Assembly (NCBI GenBank): GCA_965116925.1
Contig: OZ220744.1
Location: forward strand, 1,856,001-1,920,000
Direction of reading: 5' to 3'
DNA length: 64,000 bases
Origin: Candidatus Poribacteria bacterium
GTDB taxonomy: Bacteria > Poribacteria > WGA-4E > PCPOR2b
Shown: piece after piece, positions 20,599-30,917 of the stretch
Numbering within the stretch: position 1 is the stretch's first letter
How the letters are laid out: each line of letters starts with the position of its first letter
Notes under the pieces: generated by a model
Databases searched by the model: none
What the model was told of the DNA's origin: nothing
The model's input: the letters and a program-made list of their open reading frames with translations, nothing else
Made by a program: the position numbers and the translations under genes

Positions 20599-21414
20599 TC
20601 ATGCACCTTCAGCCACAAGCGTCATTTCCTCTTTGCCATCAAGGCCAGCAGCAACTGGAAAGGACTTCCGTTCCGGCTGCCCGTTGCGTGGCACATAACG
20701 AACTTGCGGCGAGAAGTATGCGTAAAGCGCGGTGTTCCTCGAATTCGGCGATCTATTCGGACCTGAACCGTGCGCCATGAGGCTGTGGAAAAACAGCGCA
20801 CTCCCCGCAGCCAAAGGAACATCAATCTGCTCTGAGAAATCGCGATCCTCGTGATCTGTCAAGGATTCATTCTGCTTACGAGCGATATGTCCCCAAGACT
20901 GAAGTCCCCATTTGTGGCTCTGCGGGATCACCTTAAAACATCCGTTTTCAGGTGTGGCATCATTGAGCGCGATGCTAACCGTTACCAGCGTCGGTGGCTC
21001 CATGGGCCAATACGCAGAATCTTGGTGGATGCCGTGCGCGGAACCGTGGAATGCCGGCTTAAACATTAACGTACTTCTGAACAGCAGCAGATCCTGACCG
21101 ATAAGGTTTTGCACAACTTGGATTAACTTCGGATGGACTGAGAGGCGACGAAATACCTCCGAATACTGACGGGTGTTTTCAGCCTTTCTGAGCACCGGAA
21201 GTTTATCGTCCTCTGCCAACGCCTGTGACGCAGTTTTCGCGTAAGGTTCGCGTTGAAAGTGCCCATTTTCGCCTTCTGCTTCGAGTTCGGCGGCGAGTTT
21301 GTGCAGACGCAGAATTTCCGCCTGACATTCCGCCAATTCTTCGGATGATAGTAGGTTCTCTACAACGAGGTAGCCCTCTTCTTCAAAGAAAGTTTTCTGT
21401 TCTTGTAGGGTCAT
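20599..21414 (-). CDS. PhyH family dioxygenase
   Basis: IHQDSAYW, ENGCFKVIPQSH, HGSGPNRS. Start at ATG 21414 after AAGGAG. Confidence 0.88.
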   Translation of the reverse strand: MTLQEQKTFFEEEGYLVVENLLSSEELAECQAEILRLHKLAAELEAEGENGHFQREPYAKTASQALAEDDKLPVLRKAENTRQYSEVFRRLSVHPKLIQVVQNLIGQDLLLFRSTLMFKPAFHGSAHGIHQDSAYWPMEPPTLVTVSIALNDATPENGCFKVIPQSHKWGLQSWGHIARKQNESLTDHEDRDFSEQIDVPLAAGSALFFHSLMAHGSGPNRSPNSRNTALYAYFSPQVRYVPRNGQPERKSFPVAAGLDGKEEMTLVAEGA

Positions 21415-21442
21415 ATCAATCTCCTTGACCATTTGAGTTTCA

Positions 21443-22378
21443 TTATCGGCGGTGTGATGCACCACCTACAATCTCGGCAAGCCGTTTCACAAGATATGCG
21501 TTAAAATTGTAGGGAGCCCCATACCCGGGTGCCTCTTGGAATTTTCGGCAAATGAACAGATGACAACCATCGCAATCAGCTTCGATAATGAGCGGGCGTC
21601 CGGAAGAATCACGTAGGAAATCAACGACACCAATCTCAAACCCGATCAGATCCGCCAAACGCAGGGCAAGCGATACCATCTCCTCATCAAGGGTTTCTAA
21701 AAATTCGTAACGTGCTCCCGTTGCAACGTTGATAATCGACTTTTCAGCACTATCAACACCCTCCTTCACCCGCATCGTACCCATAACCACCCGATCCCCG
21801 ACGACGTACATACGATAAACGCGGTCATTGGTTTGTGCTGTCGTGCCGACGAACTGTTGCACATAATAAGGCGGTGCAAGCACGAGCGTCTGATCGAGGA
21901 GGCGGTTGCGTTCCCCAAAAGCGACCTGATAGGCCTGATCTCCCCTCCGCGTCGTTATCGCTCCTCCCTCACGCCGTAAAATCCGATGCCCCACACCACC
22001 GCATAGGTGTGTCGATTTCAATAGGGCAATTCCGTACCGGTCCAACATCTCCACCACCGCATCGGGTGTCTGAGAGATAACTGTTTCAGGTGTCGGCAGG
22101 TTGTTTTCGACCATTAACCGAGAGGTCGCGATTTTATCAATAGCAATCTTCTGCGCTCGTATCGAATTAATAACCAACCGTTCTGACTCAAGTTGTCTCA
22201 ACGCATTCTGTTCGTCGCAGGGTAGCACATAGACCAGATCTACGTCCGTCTGATCGAGCGTCGCCGTTGTCAGCCGGCAACTCTGTCCACCGACAAGACT
22301 GATTTCATGCTCAAGTCCCCGAACCAGATCCTCCAATAGAAACCAGTAAGCGGGTTCGTAGAGCAATCCGATTTTCAT
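21443..22378 (-). CDS. RimK-like ATP-grasp ligase
   Basis: IDKIATSRLM...LPTPET, YYVQQFV, RMYVVGD, INVATGA, GVVDFL...IIEAD. Overlaps the RraA stop (ATGA-type coupling). Confidence 0.75.
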   Translation of the reverse strand: MKIGLLYEPAYWFLLEDLVRGLEHEISLVGGQSCRLTTATLDQTDVDLVYVLPCDEQNALRQLESERLVINSIRAQKIAIDKIATSRLMVENNLPTPETVISQTPDAVVEMLDRYGIALLKSTHLCGGVGHRILRREGGAITTRRGDQAYQVAFGERNRLLDQTLVLAPPYYVQQFVGTTAQTNDRVYRMYVVGDRVVMGTMRVKEGVDSAEKSIINVATGARYEFLETLDEEMVSLALRLADLIGFEIGVVDFLRDSSGRPLIIEADCDGCHLFICRKFQEAPGYGAPYNFNAYLVKRLAEIVGGASHRR

Positions 22379-23112
22379 AACGAATCTAGCGCACGTTTTC
22401 GGAGCTCGTCAAACTTCTCAGCGCACGCAGCCCGCGCTGCCCGCCACCCCTCTAAGTCACGTTTGCCAGTTTTCACGAAGTCAAGCACATAGCCTTCAGC
22501 TTCCATATATTCCGCGCACAAACGGGCAACACAACCAGCAATATGATTCGGAATTGTCGTTACGCCGTTGCAATCCCCATGTATCAAATCTCCGGGATAG
22601 ACCGTAGTCCCGCCAACATGCACCGGGATGTTCACATCGGCGATTTGGTGGTAGCCGTGGGAGGGGTTGGTACCGCTCGTGAAGGTGGGGAAATTGATCT
22701 CCCGTACCTGATCTAAATCTCGCCCGGCACCACTCGTGATTAGTCCTACGCAACCGAATGTCTGATAGGTCATGCACATCACTTCACCGAATGTCGCCGC
22801 AGCAGACGGAACATCGAGATCCTGGAAGACAACAACACGGGGTTCAGGAATTGAATCCATCTGTGCAAGCTGTTCCTCCATACCGGCGTAGGTCTCCCCT
22901 TCTCGCGGCGGATTGTCGGTAGAAAGCGTCGCTGTTGTTGCGTAACCGACCAGCGGTGGCATTTCTGGGAAACAGGCTTGGATGCGGTCATCCATATAGC
23001 CGGTGTTTCGCGGACGGACATCAAACAGTTCGATAACGTTACAAATTGTGGGCGTATCTGCGACCTTAAGAAGTTCTAACTCTTCGGATGAAATTGTTTG
23101 GACTGGATTCAT
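22375..23112 (-). CDS. RraA/HMG-aldolase family protein
   Basis: DTPTICNVIE, VGYATT, ATFGEVM, GAGRDL, VYPGDLIHGDCNGV. Confidence 0.85.
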   Translation of the reverse strand: MNPVQTISSEELELLKVADTPTICNVIELFDVRPRNTGYMDDRIQACFPEMPPLVGYATTATLSTDNPPREGETYAGMEEQLAQMDSIPEPRVVVFQDLDVPSAAATFGEVMCMTYQTFGCVGLITSGAGRDLDQVREINFPTFTSGTNPSHGYHQIADVNIPVHVGGTTVYPGDLIHGDCNGVTTIPNHIAGCVARLCAEYMEAEGYVLDFVKTGKRDLEGWRAARAACAEKFDELRKRALDSL

Positions 23113-23925
23113 AATTTTCCCCTTAGGGCTATTCTTAAAATGCGAAGTACAAATTCCATCGAAATTTGCAAAAACTGATTATAACACGATTTGATTGCGA
23201 AGGCATATATTTTTTTATTATTTGTAGGATTTACGCATTTCCTCTTAAAGTCTCCCTGATAAGGGGGATTTAGGGGGTTAAATGCAATCAGATAACGACT
23301 TTTCAGTCCGTAGGTTGGGTTGAACGGAACCGATGAAAATGCCACACATGACAACTGGGGTTAGAGGGACGATGCGGGTTGAAAGTTCACAAGTCGAGTG
23401 AAACCCAACATTTTATCTGCAGCGGATAAAGGTGTTGGGTTTCACTCTTTCTATCTACAAAGCAGTGTTGTTGAAAAACAAAGCATCTACCGTCGTTGAT
23501 AGGGATTCGGTTTGACCCGTTCAACCCAACCTACGATACTGTATGAATCCCATAGGCCGGGCCCCAATGAACCAAACTGTTTTTCACGTTTCACGCATCA
23601 CGTTTCACGCCCTTATTTTTCTACGAGCCTATATTCCTTCCCTCAAAGGGGTGAAACATTTGTTTCTTTGAGAAACATCTGTGTCACCCGCCCCGTACCT
23701 TGAGTTTGAAAGGGTTTGCGAGGTATTTGTCTCAAAATTGGTCTTCCAGCCGTTTCACCCCTTGTTGTCCCTTTACCCGGTTCCATCTCATACAATTAAT
23801 AACATCTACATGGGGTTAACGCAACGCTGCAAAGTGCGTGAAAGATAGAGCCAGAGCCGTTTTATGTGCTCATCTTCGATGCAGTATGAAGACAAAACAA
23901 CCTTATATATTCCTCCATGTACATC

Positions 23926-23942
23926 TTGGCAGATGTTTTGCA
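23926..23942 (+). promoter_or_regulatory. Sigma54 (-24/-12) promoter upstream of ferritin
   Basis: TTGGCAGATGTTTTGCA fits GG-N10-GC. Candidate UAS palindrome TGTTTCT-TTG-AGAAACA at 23661-23677. Confidence 0.65.
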
Positions 23943-23981
23943 TATAGAGAAGCATAAATTAAACGACAGAAAGGAGAAACC

Positions 23982-24479
23982 ATGTTAAGCCCAACCATTC
24001 AGGAAGCATTGAACAAACAGATTAATCATGAATTTTACTCCTCCTACTTCTATCTCGCGGTGTCAGCCTACTTTGAATCGCTTAATTTGGGTGGCTTCAC
24101 GCATTGGATGCGGTTGCAAAGTCAAGAAGAGAGAGAACACGGGATGAGGTTGTTAGATCACCTCCACGACAGGAACGGACAGGCGACATTTGAAGCGATT
24201 GCTCAACCACCTATAGAATTTCAGTCGCCAGCAGAAGCCTTTCAGCAGGCTTTGCAGCATGAGGACCATGTAACGCAGACTATCAATCGGTTCTACGAAC
24301 TGGCGGTGCAAGAGAAAGACTACGCAACACAGGTGGAGTTACAGTGGTTTATTTCTGAGCAGGTCGAAGAGGAAAAGCGAGCCCGTCAAATACTGGATCA
24401 ACTCAAAATGATTGGCGATCAGGGGACAGCTTTGTACCTGTTGGACAAGGAATTAGGGGAACGCGAGAGCGACGGCTAA
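23982..24479 (+). CDS. ftnA: Non-heme ferritin
   Basis: INHEFYSSYFYL, EEREHG, QHEDHVT, WFISEQVEEE ferroxidase residues. Confidence 0.92.
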   Translation: MLSPTIQEALNKQINHEFYSSYFYLAVSAYFESLNLGGFTHWMRLQSQEEREHGMRLLDHLHDRNGQATFEAIAQPPIEFQSPAEAFQQALQHEDHVTQTINRFYELAVQEKDYATQVELQWFISEQVEEEKRARQILDQLKMIGDQGTALYLLDKELGERESDG

Positions 24480-24534
24480 ACGTGACTTCGGTTTTTTTTA
24501 AGCGTAGGAACTATTAGACAACACAGGGAGAATT

Positions 24535-25116
24535 ATGGATACTTTAACGCAAGCTCTCAGTCAGGAAGCACTTCTTGGCGCGAGAATTGGTGAGGTTTAT
24601 AGAGCGGAGTCCAATGAGATCGAGGCGCAATTTGAAAGGTCCGAGCAACACAATGAGTGTACGCCTGTGGAACCCAACCTCGGTCCCGCCGTCCAACCGA
24701 GTTCTTTGCCTGTTACAGTCTATATGGAGAACATGGCAAAAGAACATATCCTTGTCGTTGATGACGAACAGAACATGCGTAACACCCTCGCATTCATTCT
24801 GGAAACAGCGAATTATCATGTCACAACCGCAGCAGAGGGGCGATCTGCTTTGGAGGAGATATTGGCGGCGCGAAAGGGCGATCAGCCAGTAGACCTGCTC
24901 ATCACGGATATGCGGCTACCCGGTTTAACTGGACTTCAATTGATTGATGAGTTGAATTACCTGAAAATAAAAATCCCTGTGCTAGTCATCACTGCCTATG
25001 GGGACCGGTCACTACTTCTTGAACTGGAACGCACCGGTTATGCGGACTACCTTGACAAGCCCTTTGATTACAAAGAACTTGTCAGGCGCGTTGATTTGCT
25101 CATGGAAAAAAGATGA
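24535..25116 (+). CDS. Single receiver-domain response regulator with N-terminal extension
   Basis: ILVVDDE, DLLITDMRLP, ITAYG, DKPF. No output domain; the start may be 24733. Confidence 0.85.
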   Translation: MDTLTQALSQEALLGARIGEVYRAESNEIEAQFERSEQHNECTPVEPNLGPAVQPSSLPVTVYMENMAKEHILVVDDEQNMRNTLAFILETANYHVTTAAEGRSALEEILAARKGDQPVDLLITDMRLPGLTGLQLIDELNYLKIKIPVLVITAYGDRSLLLELERTGYADYLDKPFDYKELVRRVDLLMEKR

Positions 25117-25157
25117 GCTGGGTGAAATACATCAATAAAAACAAGGAGGAAATTGAT

Positions 25158-25373
25158 ATGCTTTGGGGTGAAGCGTCTTTAAGGCTCAAACTTAACGGTT
25201 TTGAGGATGGATTAAACCACACGATAGATCGATTAACCTATGAGATCCTTCAGGAGTATCGCGAAGGGGTTGATGTGGCACATCAGTTGATGGAACCCCC
25301 AATGTGGGACACCTTTGAGGATCTACCGATTCCATTCTTCAGTCCGAGGCATGAACCGGACGAAATTGCCTAG
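25158..25373 (+). CDS. Small hypothetical protein
   Basis: Strong RBS AAGGAGG before ATG 25158; co-oriented with the ferritin/regulator genes. Confidence 0.55.
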   Translation: MLWGEASLRLKLNGFEDGLNHTIDRLTYEILQEYREGVDVAHQLMEPPMWDTFEDLPIPFFSPRHEPDEIA

Positions 25374-25879
25374 GGCGTGTTGACATTTCACACGGCGTAG
25401 GTTGGGTTGAATGGTAAAAGCAAGTTCCTATCAAATACAATAGAAGCTACGCTTTCCAGTAACACTCCTTTATAGGATAGATGAAGTGAAACCCAACACC
25501 AATTTGGTCATTTCTGATAGGTGTCGGATATGAAAATCCGATCTACAGATTGTCTAGCAACTTAGGCTAAATAACCTAAGTTGCTAGTTATTGGAAATCC
25601 ATCAGAACCTGTAGGTCGAGATTCATATCTTGACACCCAAATGTCAACAGAACTAAACAGTAAAGCGGAACATTAATATTAAAAGAAATTGACGCAAAGC
25701 TTAATACAATCTGGACGCTGTATCTACAGCGGACCAACATTACATAGGACTTACGCAGCGAACCGTAGGCGGGACATCTTGCCCCGCACCACCTATACTG
25801 AAATGCACAAGTCTGAAGGTGGGACATTTGGCTCCGTGCTAAAATGCGTAAATCCTGTTACATAAAGGAGGCAAATACC

Positions 25880-26683
25880 ATGGCAGTCATCACCGTTTCC
25901 AGAGAATACTACAGTCGCGGCACACAGATTGCCCGGCAGGTTGCCCAAGACCTGGGATATAACTATTTTGATAAAAATATCCTCACCGAGGTGGCACGCG
26001 CCGCCAACACAACCGCCAAACAGATTAGCCGCTATGACGAGAAGTGCGAGAATGGGCTGAAAGGTTTCCTCAAGAAACTCTTTGTACCGGAGTTCTCACG
26101 ATACCTCGATTTCCCGTACTACTACTACCCCTCCGAATTTCTGATGGATAGCTACCCTGTTGAGAGGGATACAGCCTTTGAAGAAGATCTGATTCCGACC
26201 GAAGCGGAGACATTGGGATTCTTCCAGCATGTCATCGAAAAGCTCTGGAAGTTGGACAATGTTGTCATTGTCGGACGCGGCAGCCAAATGATTCTCGCCA
26301 ATCTGCCAAATACACTCCACGTCCGCTTTACTGCGCCGGTGGCAGACCGCATTGAACGGATCATAGCGGATCAAGGAATTGTTTATCCCTTAGCTCAGAA
26401 AGAGGTTGAAGACGCTGACAAGCAACAGGCACAATATATCAAATATTCCTATGATGCCGATTGGGCGGATCCCAAGCACTACGATCTCGTACTAAATACT
26501 GGATCTATGAGCGACGAACAAGCGGCAAAAGTTATCATCACCGCTATCCGTAATCAGGAGACTGAAGCGCAGAACGGGAAAGGTGTGGACACATGGAAGG
26601 AAAAAAGACCAAGCGCACTCCCCTCTTTTATCTCCCACACCCCTCCGAGCATACTCCGCGACCAGCCCAGACATTGGGGCTAA
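25880..26683 (+). CDS. Cytidylate kinase-like family protein
   Basis: VITVSREYYSRG, NVVIVGRGSQ, DPKHYDLVLNT. Start at 25880 after AAGGAGG; the ORF-track ATG lies inside a MITE. Confidence 0.85.
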   Translation: MAVITVSREYYSRGTQIARQVAQDLGYNYFDKNILTEVARAANTTAKQISRYDEKCENGLKGFLKKLFVPEFSRYLDFPYYYYPSEFLMDSYPVERDTAFEEDLIPTEAETLGFFQHVIEKLWKLDNVVIVGRGSQMILANLPNTLHVRFTAPVADRIERIIADQGIVYPLAQKEVEDADKQQAQYIKYSYDADWADPKHYDLVLNTGSMSDEQAAKVIITAIRNQETEAQNGKGVDTWKEKRPSALPSFISHTPPSILRDQPRHWG

Positions 26684-26787
26684 CGATGCTGCCTGATGAA
26701 TATGGAAAGGCAAAGAGAAGCCGAGTTTTTTCTTCAAAACTCGGCTTCTTTCTTCTGCTCTAGGTTGCTTCTGCACAATTTCTTAAC

Positions 26788-27381
26788 ATGAGCCAAGACT
26801 CAGTATTGAAAGAAGGTGAATTGGCTGTGACATTAGCGGAAACCTTTGATTTATGCCAAGAGATTGAGCTGAGACACGCAAAGCTATACGCGACACTATC
26901 TGTCCGGTTGGGCGATGTTGATGAACGAATTGCTCGGTTTTGGCTGGAGATGAGCGCAGAGGAGTGGCAACACCATCTCCTTGTCGGTTTTGGACGCTCG
27001 CTCTGTGCCCAGACTTTCGGACTAGATGGTCCCGCCCCTCAGTTTGCCGACGTATCTATCGAACGGATTAACGACACATTGAGTGAGTATGAAGAGCGTG
27101 TGCGTGCAAAGCAGGTCACTCTCAATGACGCATTTGAGATTGCCATTGCACTTGAAACCGGTGAGTCAGATACAATCTACGCCGAGCTGGTTGCGACCAT
27201 CAAAGACGCAATTTATCAGAGCAATCGACCCTATCTATTGGACCGCATCTCCCAGATGGAAAAGGATATGCACGATCACGTGAATCATCTGATTGATGCC
27301 GCCAAACGGTTTTCTATTAATCCAGATATAGTCCGAAAAGCACACCGCTTGACAGATCCCCACACCCCTCCATTGAATTGA
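26788..27381 (+). CDS. Ferritin-like/rubrerythrin-fold protein
   Basis: EIE...Y...EEWQH and ALE...Y...DMHDH di-iron-like pattern. The ATG at 26788 lies in a repeat terminus, so the true start may be 26821 or 26827. Confidence 0.6.
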   Translation: MSQDSVLKEGELAVTLAETFDLCQEIELRHAKLYATLSVRLGDVDERIARFWLEMSAEEWQHHLLVGFGRSLCAQTFGLDGPAPQFADVSIERINDTLSEYEERVRAKQVTLNDAFEIAIALETGESDTIYAELVATIKDAIYQSNRPYLLDRISQMEKDMHDHVNHLIDAAKRFSINPDIVRKAHRLTDPHTPPLN

Positions 27382-27457
27382 CCTAGCCACCTAACCAAGC
27401 ATGGAAGCGAGGAGGAGAGTGAGCGTGGAAACGAAAAAAACACGCCCCCTCGTTACC

Positions 27458-28204
27458 TCACAGACTCGTTCCCTCGTCCTTAACGCTTTCCGTTAGTTCC
27501 AAAAAGATGTCCTCCAAGCTCAAATCCGTCGCTGTGCGGTTCTGACGCAGCTCATCCATTGTTCCTACCGCAACGAGTTTCCCTTCGTTAATGATGCCGA
27601 TTCGATCACACACGCGTTCTGCGATTTCAAGGATGTGCGTGCTCATGAACACCGTGCACCCACGATCACAGCACGCACGTAAGAGCTCCTTTGCGATGCG
27701 AGCACTTTTGGGGTCAAGACCGCTAGTCGGTTCATCGAGAAACAGGACGCGCGGCTCATGCACCAACACCCCTATCAAAAGGATCTTCTTCTGCATGCCG
27801 TAGGAGTAGCTTTTAATCAGTGTGTCCGCAGTATCGGTAAGGTCAAACGCCGCTAACAGCTCCTCCATCCGCTGTTCTGACCGTTTAGGATCAATTTCAT
27901 ACAGATCTGCAATGAAGCGAACAAACTGCCTCCCCGTTAATGTCTCATAAAGGTTTGGCGTATCAGGCATCAATCCCGTTATCGCCTTCACCTGTGAAGC
28001 CTGTGTTCGGAGGTCGTAGCCACAAATCGTCACTGTGCCAGCGGTTGGACGGATTAAGCCCGTTAGCATGTTGATGGTTGTGGTTTTTCCGGCACCGTTG
28101 GGACCCAAGAAGCCGAAAAGCTCACCCGCTTCGACCTGCATAGTCAAGCCATCCACAGCGACAAGTTTACCGAAACGTTTTGTCAAATCTTTTGTTGTAA
28201 TCAT
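27458..28204 (-). CDS. ABC-2 type transporter ATP-binding protein
   Basis: GPNGAGKTT, YSYGMQ, LDEPTSGLDP, STH. Confidence 0.93.
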   Translation of the reverse strand: MITTKDLTKRFGKLVAVDGLTMQVEAGELFGFLGPNGAGKTTTINMLTGLIRPTAGTVTICGYDLRTQASQVKAITGLMPDTPNLYETLTGRQFVRFIADLYEIDPKRSEQRMEELLAAFDLTDTADTLIKSYSYGMQKKILLIGVLVHEPRVLFLDEPTSGLDPKSARIAKELLRACCDRGCTVFMSTHILEIAERVCDRIGIINEGKLVAVGTMDELRQNRTATDLSLEDIFLELTESVKDEGTSL

Positions 28205-28319
28205 TTTTACAGAGGAGTATCCAAAGTCGTTGTTAGTCCTACGGTTTACGCTTCACGTATTATATCATATCACCAGAGAAATTCAACGCTAGGGTTATTT
28301 ATAGTAGATTTTAGAATTA

Positions 28320-29684
28320 CTAAAGTTTAGACAATTTTTATTTTCTTGATGTAGCCGTATCAAGGGTTTGTTGAATATCGTCGGCATTGATGTTTTTACC
28401 GAACATCGCAGAAACTAATCGGTTTTCCATTAAAGCCCGTAGATACCGCACCATCAACCCGCGTGTCAACTTAGCGGGTCGATACCAATCAATGCCCAAT
28501 GTCTGAGTTACCTGCTCGATGGTTACCGGCGTGTCAGTATGGGAAGTGACAGCGAATAACAGTTGGGTCATGCAACTGGCTATGAAACTGAGTTGGACAA
28601 ACCGATTGATACTTTTTCGACACTTGACCCGATAGGTGTCAAATCCGAAGTGTTGCTTGGTGTCCCGAAAGGCGGTCTCAATCAACCATCTCTTTTGGTA
28701 GTATCGAACAATCTGCGGTAAATCTAGAGTTAAGTCAGTGGTAAAGACACAGAAGTATCGAAACGGCTTACGCCTTTTGTCACGCGTTCGCATCACCACG
28801 ACCCGAACGGGTTGTGGACACATTTTGGTTCGGGCGACTATACTTGCTATGGCATACTGTTTGTCGTCAATGTCAGTCGTTTTATACCGCAGATACGGCA
28901 GATGAATCCGTTTGCCGTATCTCTTAGGTCTGCCGGGTTTGGATTGCTTGGCAGCGGTAGGTAACCGATAGAACACTGCATTCGACTTGGCACGACACAA
29001 CAGGTGATGTCCCGCTTTAAGGACACAGCCAAACACTTTCTGTCGAGCGAATCCCCGGTCAAAGATAATCAGTCCCGCAGGGATGCGGCTGCACATCCGT
29101 TTGAGGACTGACTCACTAGTGTCGCGCTTTGTCTGTGGACACATCAACTTGACAAACACCGGAAAAAGTATCGTCTCGTGGACGGTGCTACAAAGTAATC
29201 CCAATGCACCAAACTGATGACCATGGTGAAACTTCGATTGATTCGTGTTGCGTGTGTGATAGCGATGGTTCCTGAAAAAATGAAGTCCAAATTGTGTCTC
29301 GCCGGTCTTTCGTGCGTGCGTCTCATCGTAAACGTAGACCCAGTTATCGAAACACCTCTGTAACAACTTCAGCAGATGGTGACCGACTCTATCGGCGTCC
29401 CACTTGCCACGCGAAAGGAACTTCACCAGCGAGTGGTAACCCGTTTTCGGACGAACCGCTTGATAAATGCCGGTCAGCGTCGCACCTTCGCGCTGTGTGA
29501 TAAGTCCCACAACAAAGACACAAAACAGATGAAAGTTTTGAGACTTGAATAACGGACGAAAATCGGTTAAAATAGCATTCAGGCAGAATATGAGGTACAT
29601 AACTTCTCCTTTCAAAATTGTGATGGATTTCTGAAAGGATAACCTCTTTTCTGCCTTTTTGCATTAAAATTGTCTAAACTTTAG
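28320..29684 (-). mobile_element. Complete IS element (DDE, IS701/IS4-like), 1365 bp
   Basis: Perfect 19-bp TIR CTAAAGTTTAGACAATTTT (28320-28338 / 29666-29684). 8-bp TSD TAGAATTA at 28312-28319 and 29685-29692. Confidence 0.93.
28338..29600 (-). CDS. DDE transposase
   Basis: YDETHARK, IFDRGF, YQKRWLIETAFRDTKQ. Start at 29600 after AAGGAG. Confidence 0.9.
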   Translation of the reverse strand: MYLIFCLNAILTDFRPLFKSQNFHLFCVFVVGLITQREGATLTGIYQAVRPKTGYHSLVKFLSRGKWDADRVGHHLLKLLQRCFDNWVYVYDETHARKTGETQFGLHFFRNHRYHTRNTNQSKFHHGHQFGALGLLCSTVHETILFPVFVKLMCPQTKRDTSESVLKRMCSRIPAGLIIFDRGFARQKVFGCVLKAGHHLLCRAKSNAVFYRLPTAAKQSKPGRPKRYGKRIHLPYLRYKTTDIDDKQYAIASIVARTKMCPQPVRVVVMRTRDKRRKPFRYFCVFTTDLTLDLPQIVRYYQKRWLIETAFRDTKQHFGFDTYRVKCRKSINRFVQLSFIASCMTQLLFAVTSHTDTPVTIEQVTQTLGIDWYRPAKLTRGLMVRYLRALMENRLVSAMFGKNINADDIQQTLDTATSRK

Positions 29685-30134
29685 TAGAATTAATGAGACA
29701 CTCCAAATCGGCGCAGTTGGAAACAGCGCCTACCAAACATGGGGAGCGAAAGTGTCCCTTTATTTTTAGAATTCACTATAGTTTTTGGTTTTTGACTGAT
29801 TTTGGAACGACCCGAACCCGTAGGCGGGGCACCTGGTCTCCCCGCCGTTGCGTTAACCAAGACATCAAGCTACGGAAGAATTAAATGACCCTCAATTCAA
29901 CGGAAATAGGCATTGACAGAGCTCATTGACAATGCTATCCTATCTATACACATGTCGCTCATGTTAAGATTTAATGCAAAGAAACCGAATATTCGTAGGG
30001 GTTGGGTCACCCAACCCTCACGGCGGGCGGGAAGACCCCGCCCCTACGATTTCGCTTCGTGTTTTGCACTTTCTTTTTATATGAGCCTCTTTTTATAGTA
30101 GCCATACATTTTTTCAACTCACAGGAGGTTTACA

Positions 30135-30668
30135 ATGGCAAACACAGTCTTACTCGATCCAATCGCTCCAAACGACGTGTCCGACAAATTTCTCGCGCCA
30201 CGCCTTGACGACCTCAACGGTAAGGTAATGGGCTTGCTGGACATCAGCAAAAATGGTGGTGACATCTTCCTCGACCGTGTCGAAGAGCTGATGCGCGAGC
30301 ACTTTGACCTTATAGATGTCGTTCGAGTAACAAAGCCAACCTTCGCACGTCCTGCACCGCAAGAGCTAATCACGGAACTTGCCGATCAGTGCGACTTCGT
30401 GGTTGAAGGACTCGCGGACTGAGGTTCCTGTATATCGTGCAGTGTGCACGACGGAACCGCTTTAGAAGAACGTGGCATCCCCAGTGTAGCGATCTGCTCG
30501 GATGTGTTTTTCGCTGCCGGAGAAGTGCAAGCGAAATCGCTCGGCTATCGCGATTTCCATCCGACTACCGTTGATCACCCAATCCAAAGCCTCACGCCCG
30601 ATCAGATCCGCGGTCGTGCAGATGGTATCGTTGAAAAGATTACCGCTGTCCTAACGAAGTCCTCATAA
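30135..30668 (+). CDS. UGSC-motif selenoprotein (thioredoxin-like U-x-x-C); joins ORFs 30135-30422 and 30444-30668
   Basis: In-frame TGA at 30420-30422 followed by GGT TCC TGT (U-G-S-C-I-S-C-S-V-H-D). The frame stays open to 30668. Confidence 0.85.
30423..30458 (+). promoter_or_regulatory. Putative bacterial SECIS hairpin
   Basis: Immediately 3' of the UGA: GGTTCC...TCGTGCA-GTG-TGCACGA-C-GGAACC two-part stem. Confidence 0.65.
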
Positions 30669-30917
30669 TGGTGAGACATTCTTTTTGAAAATAAGACTTG
30701 GTTGAAACAGTTAATAGGACTTACGCAGTTGGTTCATAAGTCCCCCTGACAAGGGGGATTTAGGGGGTTGGGGAATTTAGGGGGTGAAAAATAAAAAATC
30801 TCGCATCACGTGCTGAATTTGCGTAAGTCCTGTTGTTTTCACGTTTCACGCTCTGCCTAGAGCGCGTCCCAACAGTTGCAAACTACCACCATTGGTTAAA
30901 CAGGAGTGTGCACAGCC

